DNA from: Candidatus Iainarchaeum sp.
GTDB taxonomy: Archaea; Iainarchaeota; Iainarchaeia; Iainarchaeales; Iainarchaeaceae
Direction of reading: 5' to 3'
DNA: 29,304 bases
NCBI GenBank assembly: GCA_043812975.1
Contig: JBDRLP010000040.1
Span: 1 to 29,304 of the forward strand
Numbering within the stretch: position 1 is the stretch's first letter; every line of letters starts with the position of its first letter. Shown here piece by piece: positions 29,161 to 29,304 of the stretch. Below the pieces are notes generated by a model. The model searched no databases and was not told the DNA's origin. It saw only the letters and a list, made by a program, of their open reading frames with translations. Made by a program: the position numbers and the translations under genes.

Positions 29161-29304
29161 GGGAATACCTCCCATTTGAAAAAATTAAAAGAAAAAGGTC
29201 TTGGCAAAAATAAACCAAAACAAAAACTAAGTTTCTTCATCCTAAAAAAAAATTTATGCCCCTCACTGTTTAAAAGGGTATTGAGTGATTTTGCGACATA
29301 ATGC

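Overview
AT-rich prokaryotic window, most likely from an archaeon of the DPANN type. This is inferred from GGTGA/GGAGGTGA ribosome-binding sites, an SGC lipobox, tandem-domain Lrp/AsnC regulators and a bulge-helix-bulge (BHB) intron motif. It carries a ~15 kb translationally coupled, bacterial-type aromatic amino acid superoperon (trpE[frameshifted]-G-D-CF-B-orf-A-aroA-K-B-D-orf-E-C-PEPCK-like). Further right are a methyltransferase/B12-radical-SAM pair flanked by two Lrp/AsnC regulators, small hypothetical genes, leuCD, a cupredoxin-ZIP-thioredoxin cluster and carA-wHTH-carB. The main finding is that carB is interrupted after codon 22 by a 41-nt frame-breaking insert. The insert folds into a hairpin with tRNA-splicing-endonuclease (BHB/BHL) geometry, and the predicted cut sites restore the invariant GQAGE|FDYSG motif exactly, so it is a candidate archaeal mRNA intron in a metabolic gene. 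The second finding is a family of short GC-rich structured repeats with compensatory base changes. They sit at gene junctions, and the copies in the trp operon are read in frame.
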